Shown here: in pieces, positions 10,288-18,752 of the stretch | How the letters are laid out: every line of letters starts with the position of its first letter | Numbering within the stretch: position 1 is the stretch's first letter | IMG/VR virus record: IMGVR_UViG_3300047564_003843 | Location: 96,705 to 160,704 of that record | From: a virus | Length of the DNA stretch: 64,000 nucleotides | Strand: one strand, 5' to 3' | Translations under genes and position numbers: made by a program | The notes under the pieces: generated by a model | What the model saw: the letters and a program-made list of their open reading frames with translations, nothing else | Database searches by the model: none | Told to the model about the DNA's origin: nothing

Positions 10288-11364
10288 ATGAAGGTAGCCA
10301 TATACACAATAGCTTTAAACGAACGTCAATTTGTAGATACATGGTATGAAGCCGCAAAAGATGCTGATTACTTGCTAATTGCTGACACAGGGTCGACTGA
10401 TGGCACTGTAGAGCGTGCTAAAGAGCTCGGGATTAATGTTGTAGATGTTCGAGTCTCTCCTTGGAGATTTGACGATGCACGAAACGCAGCGATGGCTGCT
10501 CTGCCAATTGATATTGACATGTGCATCTCTCTTGACATGGATGAAGTAATCACTCCAAATTGGAGAGAACCACTACGCCGAGCTTGGCAAAAAGGGGTGA
10601 CTCGCCCTCGCTACAAGCACATTTGGTCTTGGAATGATGATGGAACTCCTGGCCTCGAGTTTAGCTATGACCACATCCACACTCGTAAAAACTATCGTTG
10701 GCGCCATCCAGTACACGAGTGTCTGTATGTATATGGACGTGAAGAGGTTCAAGAGTGGATTGAAGATATTGAAACTCATCACCACCCAGATCCAACTAAG
10801 TCTCGTTCACAATATCTACCTCTTCTTGCTATGTCAGTTCAAGAAGACCCTTATAACGATAGAAACGCTTTTTACTATGGCCGCGAACTTTATTTTTATG
10901 GTCAATATCAAGAAGCAGCTGTAGAACTAAAACGCCACCTCGAACTGCCTACAGCACGCTGGGCACCTGAACGTGCTGCTTCAATGAGATTTATTGGTAA
11001 GTCTTTACCTGCAGAAGCAGAAATTTGGTTCCGTAAAGCAATTGCACAAGCGCCCGGTAGACGAGAACCATTTGTAGACCTTGCAGAGCTTTACTATCAA
11101 CGCAAGGACTGGGAGAAATGCTATGAAGCTTCTAAAGATGCTATTGCAATTGTAGAAAAACCTCTCGAGTATCTTTGTGAGGCTAAAGCTTGGGGAGCAG
11201 CCCCACACGATTTCGCTGCTATTTCTGCTTTTAATTTAGGAAATTTTGAAGAAGCGGTAGAACATGCCAAGAATGCATTTAGTCTCGAGCCCGATAACGA
11301 TAGATTAAAAGCTAATCTTGATTTTTGTTTAAAAGCTTTACTACCTAAAGAAGAGAAAAAATGA
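10288..11364 (+). CDS. Family 2 glycosyltransferase with C-terminal TPR repeats
   Basis: IALNE, DTGSTDGT, FDDARN, SLDMDE (DxD), VHE; TPR-like helices in the C-terminal half. Confidence 0.9.
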   Translation: MKVAIYTIALNERQFVDTWYEAAKDADYLLIADTGSTDGTVERAKELGINVVDVRVSPWRFDDARNAAMAALPIDIDMCISLDMDEVITPNWREPLRRAWQKGVTRPRYKHIWSWNDDGTPGLEFSYDHIHTRKNYRWRHPVHECLYVYGREEVQEWIEDIETHHHPDPTKSRSQYLPLLAMSVQEDPYNDRNAFYYGRELYFYGQYQEAAVELKRHLELPTARWAPERAASMRFIGKSLPAEAEIWFRKAIAQAPGRREPFVDLAELYYQRKDWEKCYEASKDAIAIVEKPLEYLCEAKAWGAAPHDFAAISAFNLGNFEEAVEHAKNAFSLEPDNDRLKANLDFCLKALLPKEEKK

Positions 11365-12863
11365 AGTTTGTAATCTGTGGCGGTGGAACAGCTGGCTGGG
11401 TCACTGCCTACACTATCCATGCTTCTAATCCTAGGACCCACGAAGTAGTTGTAATTGAGTCCCAGAAAATTGGAATTATTGGTGCTGGAGAAGCTACAAG
11501 TGGTTTTTTGTATGACTTACTAGATGGAACAACTCTTTTTAATAATAATGATTATTTAAACCCGAATAAGCCTCCTTTTGATTTTGCAGAGTTTGTTTCA
11601 AAAGTAGATGCGGTTCCAAAGTACGCACTTAAACATATAAACTGGGCAAAAGAAAAAGGACATTACTGGGCACCTATTAACGGTTCAGAGACTTCCAAAA
11701 GGTCTCCAGATCATTTGTTTAACTATGTAATTTCAGAGTTTGGTCCAGAAAAAGCATATTTATCTTCTACCCTTGGTCAAGCTTATGATTTAAATAAAAT
11801 GCCTAAAAGCGGCGGATATGGATTTCAATTTGATGCCCATAAGGTTGCTAAATATCTTCGAGAGCATATAACAACAACTACTAATACAAATCATATTGAC
11901 GCTGTAATAGACAATGTATCTGTTAATAGCGCTGGTCTTGTTGAAAGCGTAACTCTAGACAACGGAGAAGTTGTTGAGGGTGACTTTTTTATTGACGCTA
12001 CAGGTTTTGCTCGAGTTTTAGCAAATAAGTTAGATATTGGTTGGATTGACTATAAAGATCAACTTCTAGTTGATAAAGCTATGCCATTTATTGTTCCTTA
12101 CAAAGATGAGGAAAAAGTTCAACCAGTTACGGTTGCAGAAGCTTTGTCATCTGGCTGGATGTGGAGAACTCCAACAGGTGGTCGCAGAGGTTGCGGGTAT
12201 GTTTACAGTAGCTCATTTATGTCTGAAGATGAGGCCCAAGCCGAGGCAGAGAAAGTAATGGGCCACCCTATTGAACCAATTAAACACATTAAATATGAAT
12301 CTGGCCGTGTTGACCAGTTTTGGAAAGGTAATGTTCTTGTTGTTGGTCTTGCAAGTTCATTTATTGAACCTTTGGAAGCAACAAGTATTCATGCAACTAT
12401 TACTCAGATATTTATATTTTGCCAAGAGTATTTGTCATATACAAAAGAAAAAACTTTAAATCAAGCATCTATTGAAAAATATAATGCTAAAACATCAAAA
12501 ATGTATGAGTATTACAAAGACTTCACCGTGTTTCATTACCAAGGAGGACGTGAAGATTCTGAATTTTGGAAAACAATTAAGTTCGACAAAATTACTTCTC
12601 CAGCTGTAGAAAACTATATTGAGCGCTCAAAGAGTAGGATTCCAAGCGTTCTACATTTTATGGATTTCTGGGGGGTAGATGCTCTTTGGAAGTGGACCTT
12701 GGCAGGTTTAGGCTACATAAATAGAGAGCAAGCTATGAATGAACTAATCCAATTTCAACAGTTTGAGTACGCACAGGGTCATTATCAAGCTTTTAGAAAT
12801 GACATGAGAAAAATGTTAGCTGACAGACCTGCTTTTGAAATGAATCCAAAAGATATTATTTAG
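11361..12863 (+). CDS. Flavin-dependent halogenase (tryptophan halogenase PrnA/RebH family)
   Basis: GGGTAGW, GAGEATS, Lys in AVPKYAL, FIDATGF, GWMWRTP (variant of WxWxIP), FIEPLEATSI. Confidence 0.85.
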   Translation: MKFVICGGGTAGWVTAYTIHASNPRTHEVVVIESQKIGIIGAGEATSGFLYDLLDGTTLFNNNDYLNPNKPPFDFAEFVSKVDAVPKYALKHINWAKEKGHYWAPINGSETSKRSPDHLFNYVISEFGPEKAYLSSTLGQAYDLNKMPKSGGYGFQFDAHKVAKYLREHITTTTNTNHIDAVIDNVSVNSAGLVESVTLDNGEVVEGDFFIDATGFARVLANKLDIGWIDYKDQLLVDKAMPFIVPYKDEEKVQPVTVAEALSSGWMWRTPTGGRRGCGYVYSSSFMSEDEAQAEAEKVMGHPIEPIKHIKYESGRVDQFWKGNVLVVGLASSFIEPLEATSIHATITQIFIFCQEYLSYTKEKTLNQASIEKYNAKTSKMYEYYKDFTVFHYQGGREDSEFWKTIKFDKITSPAVENYIERSKSRIPSVLHFMDFWGVDALWKWTLAGLGYINREQAMNELIQFQQFEYAQGHYQAFRNDMRKMLADRPAFEMNPKDII

Positions 12864-13401
12864 ATTTCTTTTTAAGCAGTTTAGCTTGTCTTTTTCTTTC
12901 TAGTTGTCTTGCCTTTTTCTCTCGAATACGGGCACGCTTTTCTGACTTTTCAATCTTCTCTACTTTATATGCTTCTATAGCATTAACACTTGTTCGACTG
13001 CGCCAAGAAAAGCCACACACCGTACATGTGACTATCTTGGCGACAGTCCATCTCCCACCACCAGGAATTTCTTGAGAACTTGTTTCTAGTTTAGAAGGAC
13101 GTGCTGAACAATGAGGACAATGAGGGTATCTACGTCTTTTTATTTCTTCACCTTTGTAAGAAACCGAAAGAGCACGACGAATCTCTCCTTCATCTCTTCC
13201 ACCCCAAGTCCCCCAAATTTGCCTGTGCTCTAAAGCCCACTGCAAACACTTAGTTCTTACAGGACATTGGTAGCAAAGGTTCTTAGCATCGTATTTTTCT
13301 TTTGCATCCTTTGAAAAGAACCAATCCTTGTAATGTCTATTATTAGGGTCGGCACAGAAGGCTTCAGACTGCCACTCTAAATTATTAGCTGGTTTCCACA
13401 C
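12856..13401 (-). CDS. whiB: WhiB-family Fe-S transcription factor fused to a C-terminal Zn ribbon and basic tail
   Basis: WQSEAFC...CYQCPVRTKCLQWAL...GTWGG; then CPHC...CTVC; Lys/Arg-rich end. Confidence 0.85.
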   Translation of the reverse strand: MWKPANNLEWQSEAFCADPNNRHYKDWFFSKDAKEKYDAKNLCYQCPVRTKCLQWALEHRQIWGTWGGRDEGEIRRALSVSYKGEEIKRRRYPHCPHCSARPSKLETSSQEIPGGGRWTVAKIVTCTVCGFSWRSRTSVNAIEAYKVEKIEKSEKRARIREKKARQLERKRQAKLLKKKSK

Positions 13402-13462
13402 ACTATAAACTATACAACTAAAAGTCTATAAAATGAGAACTAACACACTATAAACTAAATAT

Positions 13463-13801
13463 TTAAAACTCTATCCAAGTAAACTCTAAAACCTCTTGAA
13501 CATACTCTCCGTACTCAGTTTCCCCTACTTCATCACAAAAAGTATAATTGTTTTCCCCTTCAATAACTCCTGCCCAGCCAGCTTCTACATGAGCGTCAGC
13601 TATCATATTAAATCCGTCTGATAACGAGTCAGCTATTCCATCCCTTTGTAGTGTTGAAGCAAGAGCTCTTCTAACTATCTCATTCTCAATATCAACATGC
13701 CCAACGGTATAATAAATTAAATCACTATATATTGTTTGTTGTATGTAGCCACTACCGTCCCAATGAATCCAAAGAGATTCTCCAACTCTTTTATCTTTCA
13801 T
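13463..13801 (-). CDS. Hypothetical protein
   Basis: Acidic 112-aa ORF with ATGA overlap to the upstream gene. Confidence 0.7.
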   Translation of the reverse strand: MKDKRVGESLWIHWDGSGYIQQTIYSDLIYYTVGHVDIENEIVRRALASTLQRDGIADSLSDGFNMIADAHVEAGWAGVIEGENNYTFCDEVGETEYGEYVQEVLEFTWIEF

Positions 13802-14103
13802 TCGTTAGTGTCTTCCCCGTAGTAGTCGCTAGCCTCATCTTCTTCATAATCCTGAGACTCTTCGCCAGCATTAAAAATTATTTGCTGTTCTTTTACATCA
13901 AATATCCCAGCAATGGTTATTTTTCCACAACCCGAGCATGTTTCTACAGAGCCAGTATTTATTTTTTGTGGGACATCCACCCCCGAAAGAGCCATTTTTA
14001 TATTTCCATGGCCATCCATACTGTGAGGCTCCCAGCGGGCATGCTCTTTTAACCAGCACTGTTCGCAGACAGGCATAGGAGACATTATTGGTGAAGCGCT
14101 CAT
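13798..14103 (-). CDS. Hypothetical protein with CxxC pairs (possible Zn finger)
   Basis: CEQCW...CSGCG; leaderless-type start. Confidence 0.7.
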   Translation of the reverse strand: MSASPIMSPMPVCEQCWLKEHARWEPHSMDGHGNIKMALSGVDVPQKINTGSVETCSGCGKITIAGIFDVKEQQIIFNAGEESQDYEEDEASDYYGEDTNE

Positions 14104-14112
14104 AACATAATT

Positions 14113-14397
14113 CTACGCCGTCTTTTTATACGGGAATGCTTTGCGCTTGCTTTTTATATTCTTTCTATCTCCAGGACTTAATCCGCCCCATAAACCAAAT
14201 TCTTCGTTACTTAAACCCCATAAAGCACACTCAACTAAATGAGAACAGCTTTTACAAATTCTTCTTGCTCCCTCATAATTTACTTCAGGAGTTGCTACAA
14301 GTCCTGGCTCATCTCTATCATCAGCAAAAAATAAGTTACCTCCCACCTGAGCACAAAGCGGGTCTTCATATTGCCAGGGTGGGCGGACATTTTCCAC
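14113..14397 (-). CDS. whiB: WhiB-family transcription factor
   Basis: PLCAQVGGNLFF...ICKSCSHLVECALWG...GLWGGLS. Confidence 0.9.
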   Translation of the reverse strand: MENVRPPWQYEDPLCAQVGGNLFFADDRDEPGLVATPEVNYEGARRICKSCSHLVECALWGLSNEEFGLWGGLSPGDRKNIKSKRKAFPYKKTA

Positions 14398-14402
14398 TTG
14401 TT

Positions 14403-14711
14403 TTATCCCTTCTTGTTTTTTTCTTCCTTGAGCCCTACTTCATAACCACATCCAGCATAGCCAGCGATATCAATCCAAGTATCGGGTTGAAAATCTCCTT
14501 TGTTTGCATATCTAGCCATTTTTAAACCAACCATCATCATGGCCACATCTTCATTGGAGATATCTACTCCCAAAATAACTGACCAAATTTTTCTTGTTCT
14601 GTCAAAGTTATCTTCAGGATCTCCATAATTCATATTGCGCTCGGTGGAAATAATGCGAGCTGCTTCTCGAAGGGCTTCTATACGAGGTGGTGTTACTTCA
14701 TTCTCTGACAT
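14403..14711 (-). CDS. DUF6378-like small helical protein (putative nucleotide-modification-associated)
   Basis: EAARII..RNMNYGDPEDNF..W...DVAMMMVGLKMAR...DTWIDIAGYA pattern. Confidence 0.7.
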   Translation of the reverse strand: MSENEVTPPRIEALREAARIISTERNMNYGDPEDNFDRTRKIWSVILGVDISNEDVAMMMVGLKMARYANKGDFQPDTWIDIAGYAGCGYEVGLKEEKNKKG

Positions 14712-14949
14712 CTTTTACCTTCGCTATCACTTGTGCCGAGTATTGATATTCGGATGACATGTTCTCTATTTGTGTTACTACCAGTTCATAGTTTATGTTC
14801 CTAAAAGATTCTGGAATAGATTCTTCGTCAAAAAAATCGTCTTCTTCGTCTTCAGTCCCTAAAAACTTTGAGATTGCAACTTCAGCTTTCTCTTTTAGTT
14901 CTTCGTAGTTGTCCCCCTGAACTGTTAGGTTTAGGGTAATACTTTTCAT
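14698..14949 (-). CDS. Hypothetical protein
   Basis: 83-aa acidic ORF coupled to its neighbours. Confidence 0.65.
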   Translation of the reverse strand: MKSITLNLTVQGDNYEELKEKAEVAISKFLGTEDEEDDFFDEESIPESFRNINYELVVTQIENMSSEYQYSAQVIAKVKDVRE

Positions 14950-15368
14950 GTTAGTACTAGTTTTTCAAGTTTAGTTGGTGGATAATGAGCTCCATCTAAT
15001 ACTGGTTCTTTTCCATCAGTGCTTTTAATAATAATGTCGCCATATCTAACACCAACTACTACACCGCGTCTACCGTTGTGTAAAGTCCCTAGCTCACCAT
15101 CAAATGCATCTGATTTAACTCTTACCGAGTCTGCAACTTTTATAAAACCTGCTTGTACTGGTACCCAAGTTTCATTTTTTTGCTCTTTCGCAACTACATG
15201 ACCTTTTGCTAAAGTAGAAAACATATCGACTGCTTTAGTTCTAAACTCTGGACTTAAGTCAAAAGAGTCTAGAAGTTCTATCAGTTTCATAGTGGCATCA
15301 CCCACTGGTTTTCTTACTTTAGCGGCCTGTAGTTGGGATTTAATCCAATCAATATCTAGGCTTCCCAT
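14946..15368 (-). CDS. Hypothetical protein with C-terminal KOW/SH3-like barrel
   Basis: Strong SD GGGAGG; DSVRVK...HNGRRGVVVGVRYGDIII. Confidence 0.65.
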   Translation of the reverse strand: MGSLDIDWIKSQLQAAKVRKPVGDATMKLIELLDSFDLSPEFRTKAVDMFSTLAKGHVVAKEQKNETWVPVQAGFIKVADSVRVKSDAFDGELGTLHNGRRGVVVGVRYGDIIIKSTDGKEPVLDGAHYPPTKLEKLVLT

Positions 15369-15422
15369 GAGGCCTCCCTTCTTTCATATAGTCTATTAGT
15401 TTTTAGTCTTTTAGTAAAGCAT

Positions 15423-16436
15423 TTAAACTAACTGTTTTATAGTTTTTAATAAGATATTGCTAGTTTCTTCCTGCTCTGGGAGTTGATTAAGATATGATTG
15501 TTTTTGACTATAAGCAAGCTCTTCTCTGTCAGAAACATTCATACCTTCTACAGTGCTAGCAAGATTTAACCACTCATTTCCTAAATACCCTGTAGAACGC
15601 CAGTTGTGCACTACAGGTACGCCCTGAGAAAGTGATTGAGCAAGGGCTGGAGACCACCAAGACTCATCTCCTCTGTATGTAGCTATAAGAGTGCCTAATG
15701 ACTCTCTAATTCTAGAAAGTGTGTCATTCTCGTTTTCCCAAATAGAAGACCTTGTGGGAAGCACTGGTTTAGTGAGAAGTTTTTGTTGCTCTTTGCCAAA
15801 AGGATTCATAGAGTCGCAGGTCCAGTATTCGTCACTAGCATAAAAATTTTTGACTTTTGCTGGTTGTAAAAGGACATATAAATCAACACTTATTCCGCAA
15901 AGAGCCTCTGAATCTAAATTAGAGATGTTTTTTATCATACTATCTTTTGTAGACCAAGGAAATGCAGGGTAGAAGGTTGTAGGCCAAGGGTCTTCGCATA
16001 AGTATGAAATAAAACTTTTTAGCTGGTCTTGAAGGGTTTCATCTTTTGCAACATCAGAATAATTTTTTCTTCTGTCATAAAAACTTTTTAAAGTTGTCTC
16101 TTTATCTGACCATGATCTGAAGGATGGGAGAAGTTTAAAGCTTTCAGGAGCATCTAAAAGTAGTGCTAAATTTCCAATGTTTCTAGCTTTTTCTGCTGTT
16201 ATAAATGCAGGGTAAATCTTATTTGCTGAGATACTAGTTGTAGGAGCAATACCAACAATTACTAGATTAAATTGGGAAAGAAATCCCTCGTCCCAATCTA
16301 AGCGGGGGGACGCTAAGTGTGCTTCTACTCCCGCATCTTGAAAACTTCTTACAAGTAAATTTGAAAAAGTAGGAGTTCTTTCTACATGCAAACGAGATGC
16401 TTGTTGAGCAGTACACCCAGTAATTAAAACTTTCAT
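15423..16436 (-). CDS. Putative GT-B-fold glycosyltransferase-like protein
   Basis: N-terminal Rossmann-like MKVLITG...LVRSFQDAGVE; C-terminal WWSPALAQSLSQGVPVV resembles a GT-B donor-binding region. Family inferred. Confidence 0.45.
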   Translation of the reverse strand: MKVLITGCTAQQASRLHVERTPTFSNLLVRSFQDAGVEAHLASPRLDWDEGFLSQFNLVIVGIAPTTSISANKIYPAFITAEKARNIGNLALLLDAPESFKLLPSFRSWSDKETTLKSFYDRRKNYSDVAKDETLQDQLKSFISYLCEDPWPTTFYPAFPWSTKDSMIKNISNLDSEALCGISVDLYVLLQPAKVKNFYASDEYWTCDSMNPFGKEQQKLLTKPVLPTRSSIWENENDTLSRIRESLGTLIATYRGDESWWSPALAQSLSQGVPVVHNWRSTGYLGNEWLNLASTVEGMNVSDREELAYSQKQSYLNQLPEQEETSNILLKTIKQLV

Positions 16437-16460
16437 ATCATCTCTTTCGTTTTATGTGAA

Positions 16461-16491
16461 GAGCCACCCAACGTTTTTCGTTGGGCGGCTC
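16461..16491 (-). terminator. Strong hairpin downstream of the SSB gene
   Basis: Minus strand GAGCCGCCCAACG-AAAAA-CGTTGGGTGGCTC (13 bp including one GU); poor U-tract. Confidence 0.55.
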
Positions 16492-16506
16492 TAACACAAT
16501 GGCACT

Positions 16507-17034
16507 TTAGAACGGTGCTGCAGGTGCTGCTGCTGGTGCTGGTGCTGGAGCAGGAGCTGGTGCTGGAGCAGGAGCTACAGCAACTGGTGGAACTGCTGCC
16601 CCTGCAGGTGCTGCTGATGCAGTCGTGGCAGGGTAGTAGTTCTTAATTTCATTCCTTTTTTGACCCTGATAAGTCTTTTGACCAATCTGAGCACGGAACT
16701 TACGTCCTGCAAGTGCAGCTTCAATCTGCGCATTTGTAGGGGCTGGATTACGATCAAAGAACTCTCGAGTTAGACCAAGAGCTCCCATCTTACGGAAAAA
16801 GATTCCTAGAGCAGTTGAATTATCTGGTGAGACAGTTAGGTTGTCCCAAACTAGGCGCTTTGCAAATGCACCTGATTCAACTTGCGACTTTAGGCTGAAC
16901 ATAGTCTTTCCAGACTGTGCAACCTTTGCTACGGCTTCTACGACAACTAGGTCGTAATCGCCATCTGGTAGTGGTTCATAAGAAGCTGATTCTCCAGCAT
17001 TCTTAATGAGGTCTGACCAATTGAGAGTACTCAT
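16507..17034 (-). CDS. Single-stranded DNA-binding protein (DUF669-like)
   Basis: YEPLPDGDY, SGKTM, KRNEIKNY, Ala/Pro tail ending in PF; follows the Sak4-like gene. Confidence 0.8.
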   Translation of the reverse strand: MSTLNWSDLIKNAGESASYEPLPDGDYDLVVVEAVAKVAQSGKTMFSLKSQVESGAFAKRLVWDNLTVSPDNSTALGIFFRKMGALGLTREFFDRNPAPTNAQIEAALAGRKFRAQIGQKTYQGQKRNEIKNYYPATTASAAPAGAAVPPVAVAPAPAPAPAPAPAPAAAPAAPF

Positions 17035-17819
17035 ACGGTTGTTTCCTTCTTAGTAGTGGTGGTTTTTTCGGCTTGTGGCGCTTGCTTTGGGCCGAAGATG
17101 GTGTCAAGCATTACATCAATCGAGAGTTTGTCTTGCTCAACGATTGCTCCTAAACGTCCCTGTACTCGCTCTCCTGCTTCATATTCGTTTGTGCGCTCGA
17201 CATACATGCGACGAACTTTGTAAGGAGATTGCAACGGGTCAGGATTTGGGAACGACTCAATAGTCAATGCACCAAGAATGTCGTAGAAATATGGCGCTTG
17301 AATTGCGAGCTGTCCCTGTAGATATGGACGATGCTTACCGTCCTGAGTCACACGAGACATTGCTGTAAGAACAACTGCCTCGAGTGGATTAGTTGGGTGC
17401 ATTGTGAGGTCACGAAGGTCACGAAGAAGGCCACCCATGTGACGGAGAAGTTCTCCCCACTGTTGCATCTTCATTTGTTCGTTACCAGCAATGCTGTCCA
17501 TACACTTGACTTGCAACTCTGAAATAGAATCGATAATCAAGCTCTTAAAGTGGTGTTTACCGAGTTGTAGCCACTGATATGTTTTGATAACAGTGTCATA
17601 ATCTCGAACTGGAACAACCACAGTGTCCCAAGTACCATCTGCGATTGGTGGTTCCTCACGCAATGGGTCCCAATACTTGACAACGATAGGCAAGAATCTG
17701 TGTCCGCCTTCGACGTCTAGCATGAGTCTTGGATACGGTGCGGTTACAGCAAAAGTTGACTTACCAACTTTTGATTCTCCGTAAACCATTACGGTCAACG
17801 ACCGTTGGATTTCACTCAT
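17031..17819 (-). CDS. Sak4/AAA_24-type ATPase (ssDNA-annealing recombinase)
   Basis: YGESKVGKST Walker A, LDVEGG, IIDSISE; exonuclease-Sak4-SSB synteny. Confidence 0.8.
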   Translation of the reverse strand: MSEIQRSLTVMVYGESKVGKSTFAVTAPYPRLMLDVEGGHRFLPIVVKYWDPLREEPPIADGTWDTVVVPVRDYDTVIKTYQWLQLGKHHFKSLIIDSISELQVKCMDSIAGNEQMKMQQWGELLRHMGGLLRDLRDLTMHPTNPLEAVVLTAMSRVTQDGKHRPYLQGQLAIQAPYFYDILGALTIESFPNPDPLQSPYKVRRMYVERTNEYEAGERVQGRLGAIVEQDKLSIDVMLDTIFGPKQAPQAEKTTTTKKETTV

Positions 17820-17822
17820 TCG

Positions 17823-18752
17823 TCACTCATTTCCTTTAGTTTCTTCTTGACCATAATAAGCATATGGATCTGCTACTACGAAGTTATCACTGATTGCTTG
17901 TTCGGCGGCACTGCCGTCATCAACAAGAGTGCAAACAGTGAAGAACGGACACTTCCATTTGCAATCACGGCTAGGCCGTGGGTACGCATGGAATGCTGGA
18001 TTTTCACCTTCATCTAATGCTGTGCGAACACGCATCATGTCTGCAATGGTTCCGTGGAGACGGTCCCAGAAAGACCTGAGGGTGAAAATGTTGTGCCGTA
18101 CTTCGATTTGGTCGTAGAACGGCGGACGTGCCGCTGCAGAACGACGAACTTTCTTCAACATTGTGAAGATTCCGCCATCTGAGCGTTCTGACTCATCCTT
18201 CTTGGTGGATTCCAAGAGCATGTAAGTCAAAATCTGTTCATTCATTGGAGCAAGGTTTGCAAAGTCTCCAAGAGAGCCACCAACAGTTTTAAAGTCACGG
18301 AACATACGAACACCATCACCCTTGCGACGGACACGCATGTCAAGCTTTCCTGTTAACTCAACCTCGCCATTAAACAGTGGAGCAGTGATGACTTCTTCAG
18401 TAGAAATCATTTCAAGTTCTGCATCAATGCCATTTTCTTCTACCCACTGTAGGTATCCCTCAAGCATTATGTGCCCGAGCTCTCCTTCTTTTTCTAACTC
18501 TGATACATCTTTAAATTCTGCTAAGAGAGCAGCTTTTTCTGTGTTCAAAAGATTTGAATGGGATTGTAGTAATGGAGTTCCATTAGCGTAATAATCATCT
18601 AACGCGGCGTGGATTCGTGTACCAAGAGCAAGAGCTCCAGTGGAGTCTCTATATTTTGGTTGCAGTCTTCTGTAATAAGTGAGCCACCACTTACGACGAC
18701 AATCTTTAAATGTCTGAATCTCGCTATTAGAGATTCTAACTATTTCGCTCAT
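17823..18752 (-). CDS. Cas4/RecB-like PD-(D/E)XK exonuclease
   Basis: ISNSEIQTFKDCRRKW, GTRIH, GKLD...DFKT, QILTY, C-terminal CKWKCPFFTVC. Confidence 0.85.
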   Translation of the reverse strand: MSEIVRISNSEIQTFKDCRRKWWLTYYRRLQPKYRDSTGALALGTRIHAALDDYYANGTPLLQSHSNLLNTEKAALLAEFKDVSELEKEGELGHIMLEGYLQWVEENGIDAELEMISTEEVITAPLFNGEVELTGKLDMRVRRKGDGVRMFRDFKTVGGSLGDFANLAPMNEQILTYMLLESTKKDESERSDGGIFTMLKKVRRSAAARPPFYDQIEVRHNIFTLRSFWDRLHGTIADMMRVRTALDEGENPAFHAYPRPSRDCKWKCPFFTVCTLVDDGSAAEQAISDNFVVADPYAYYGQEETKGNE

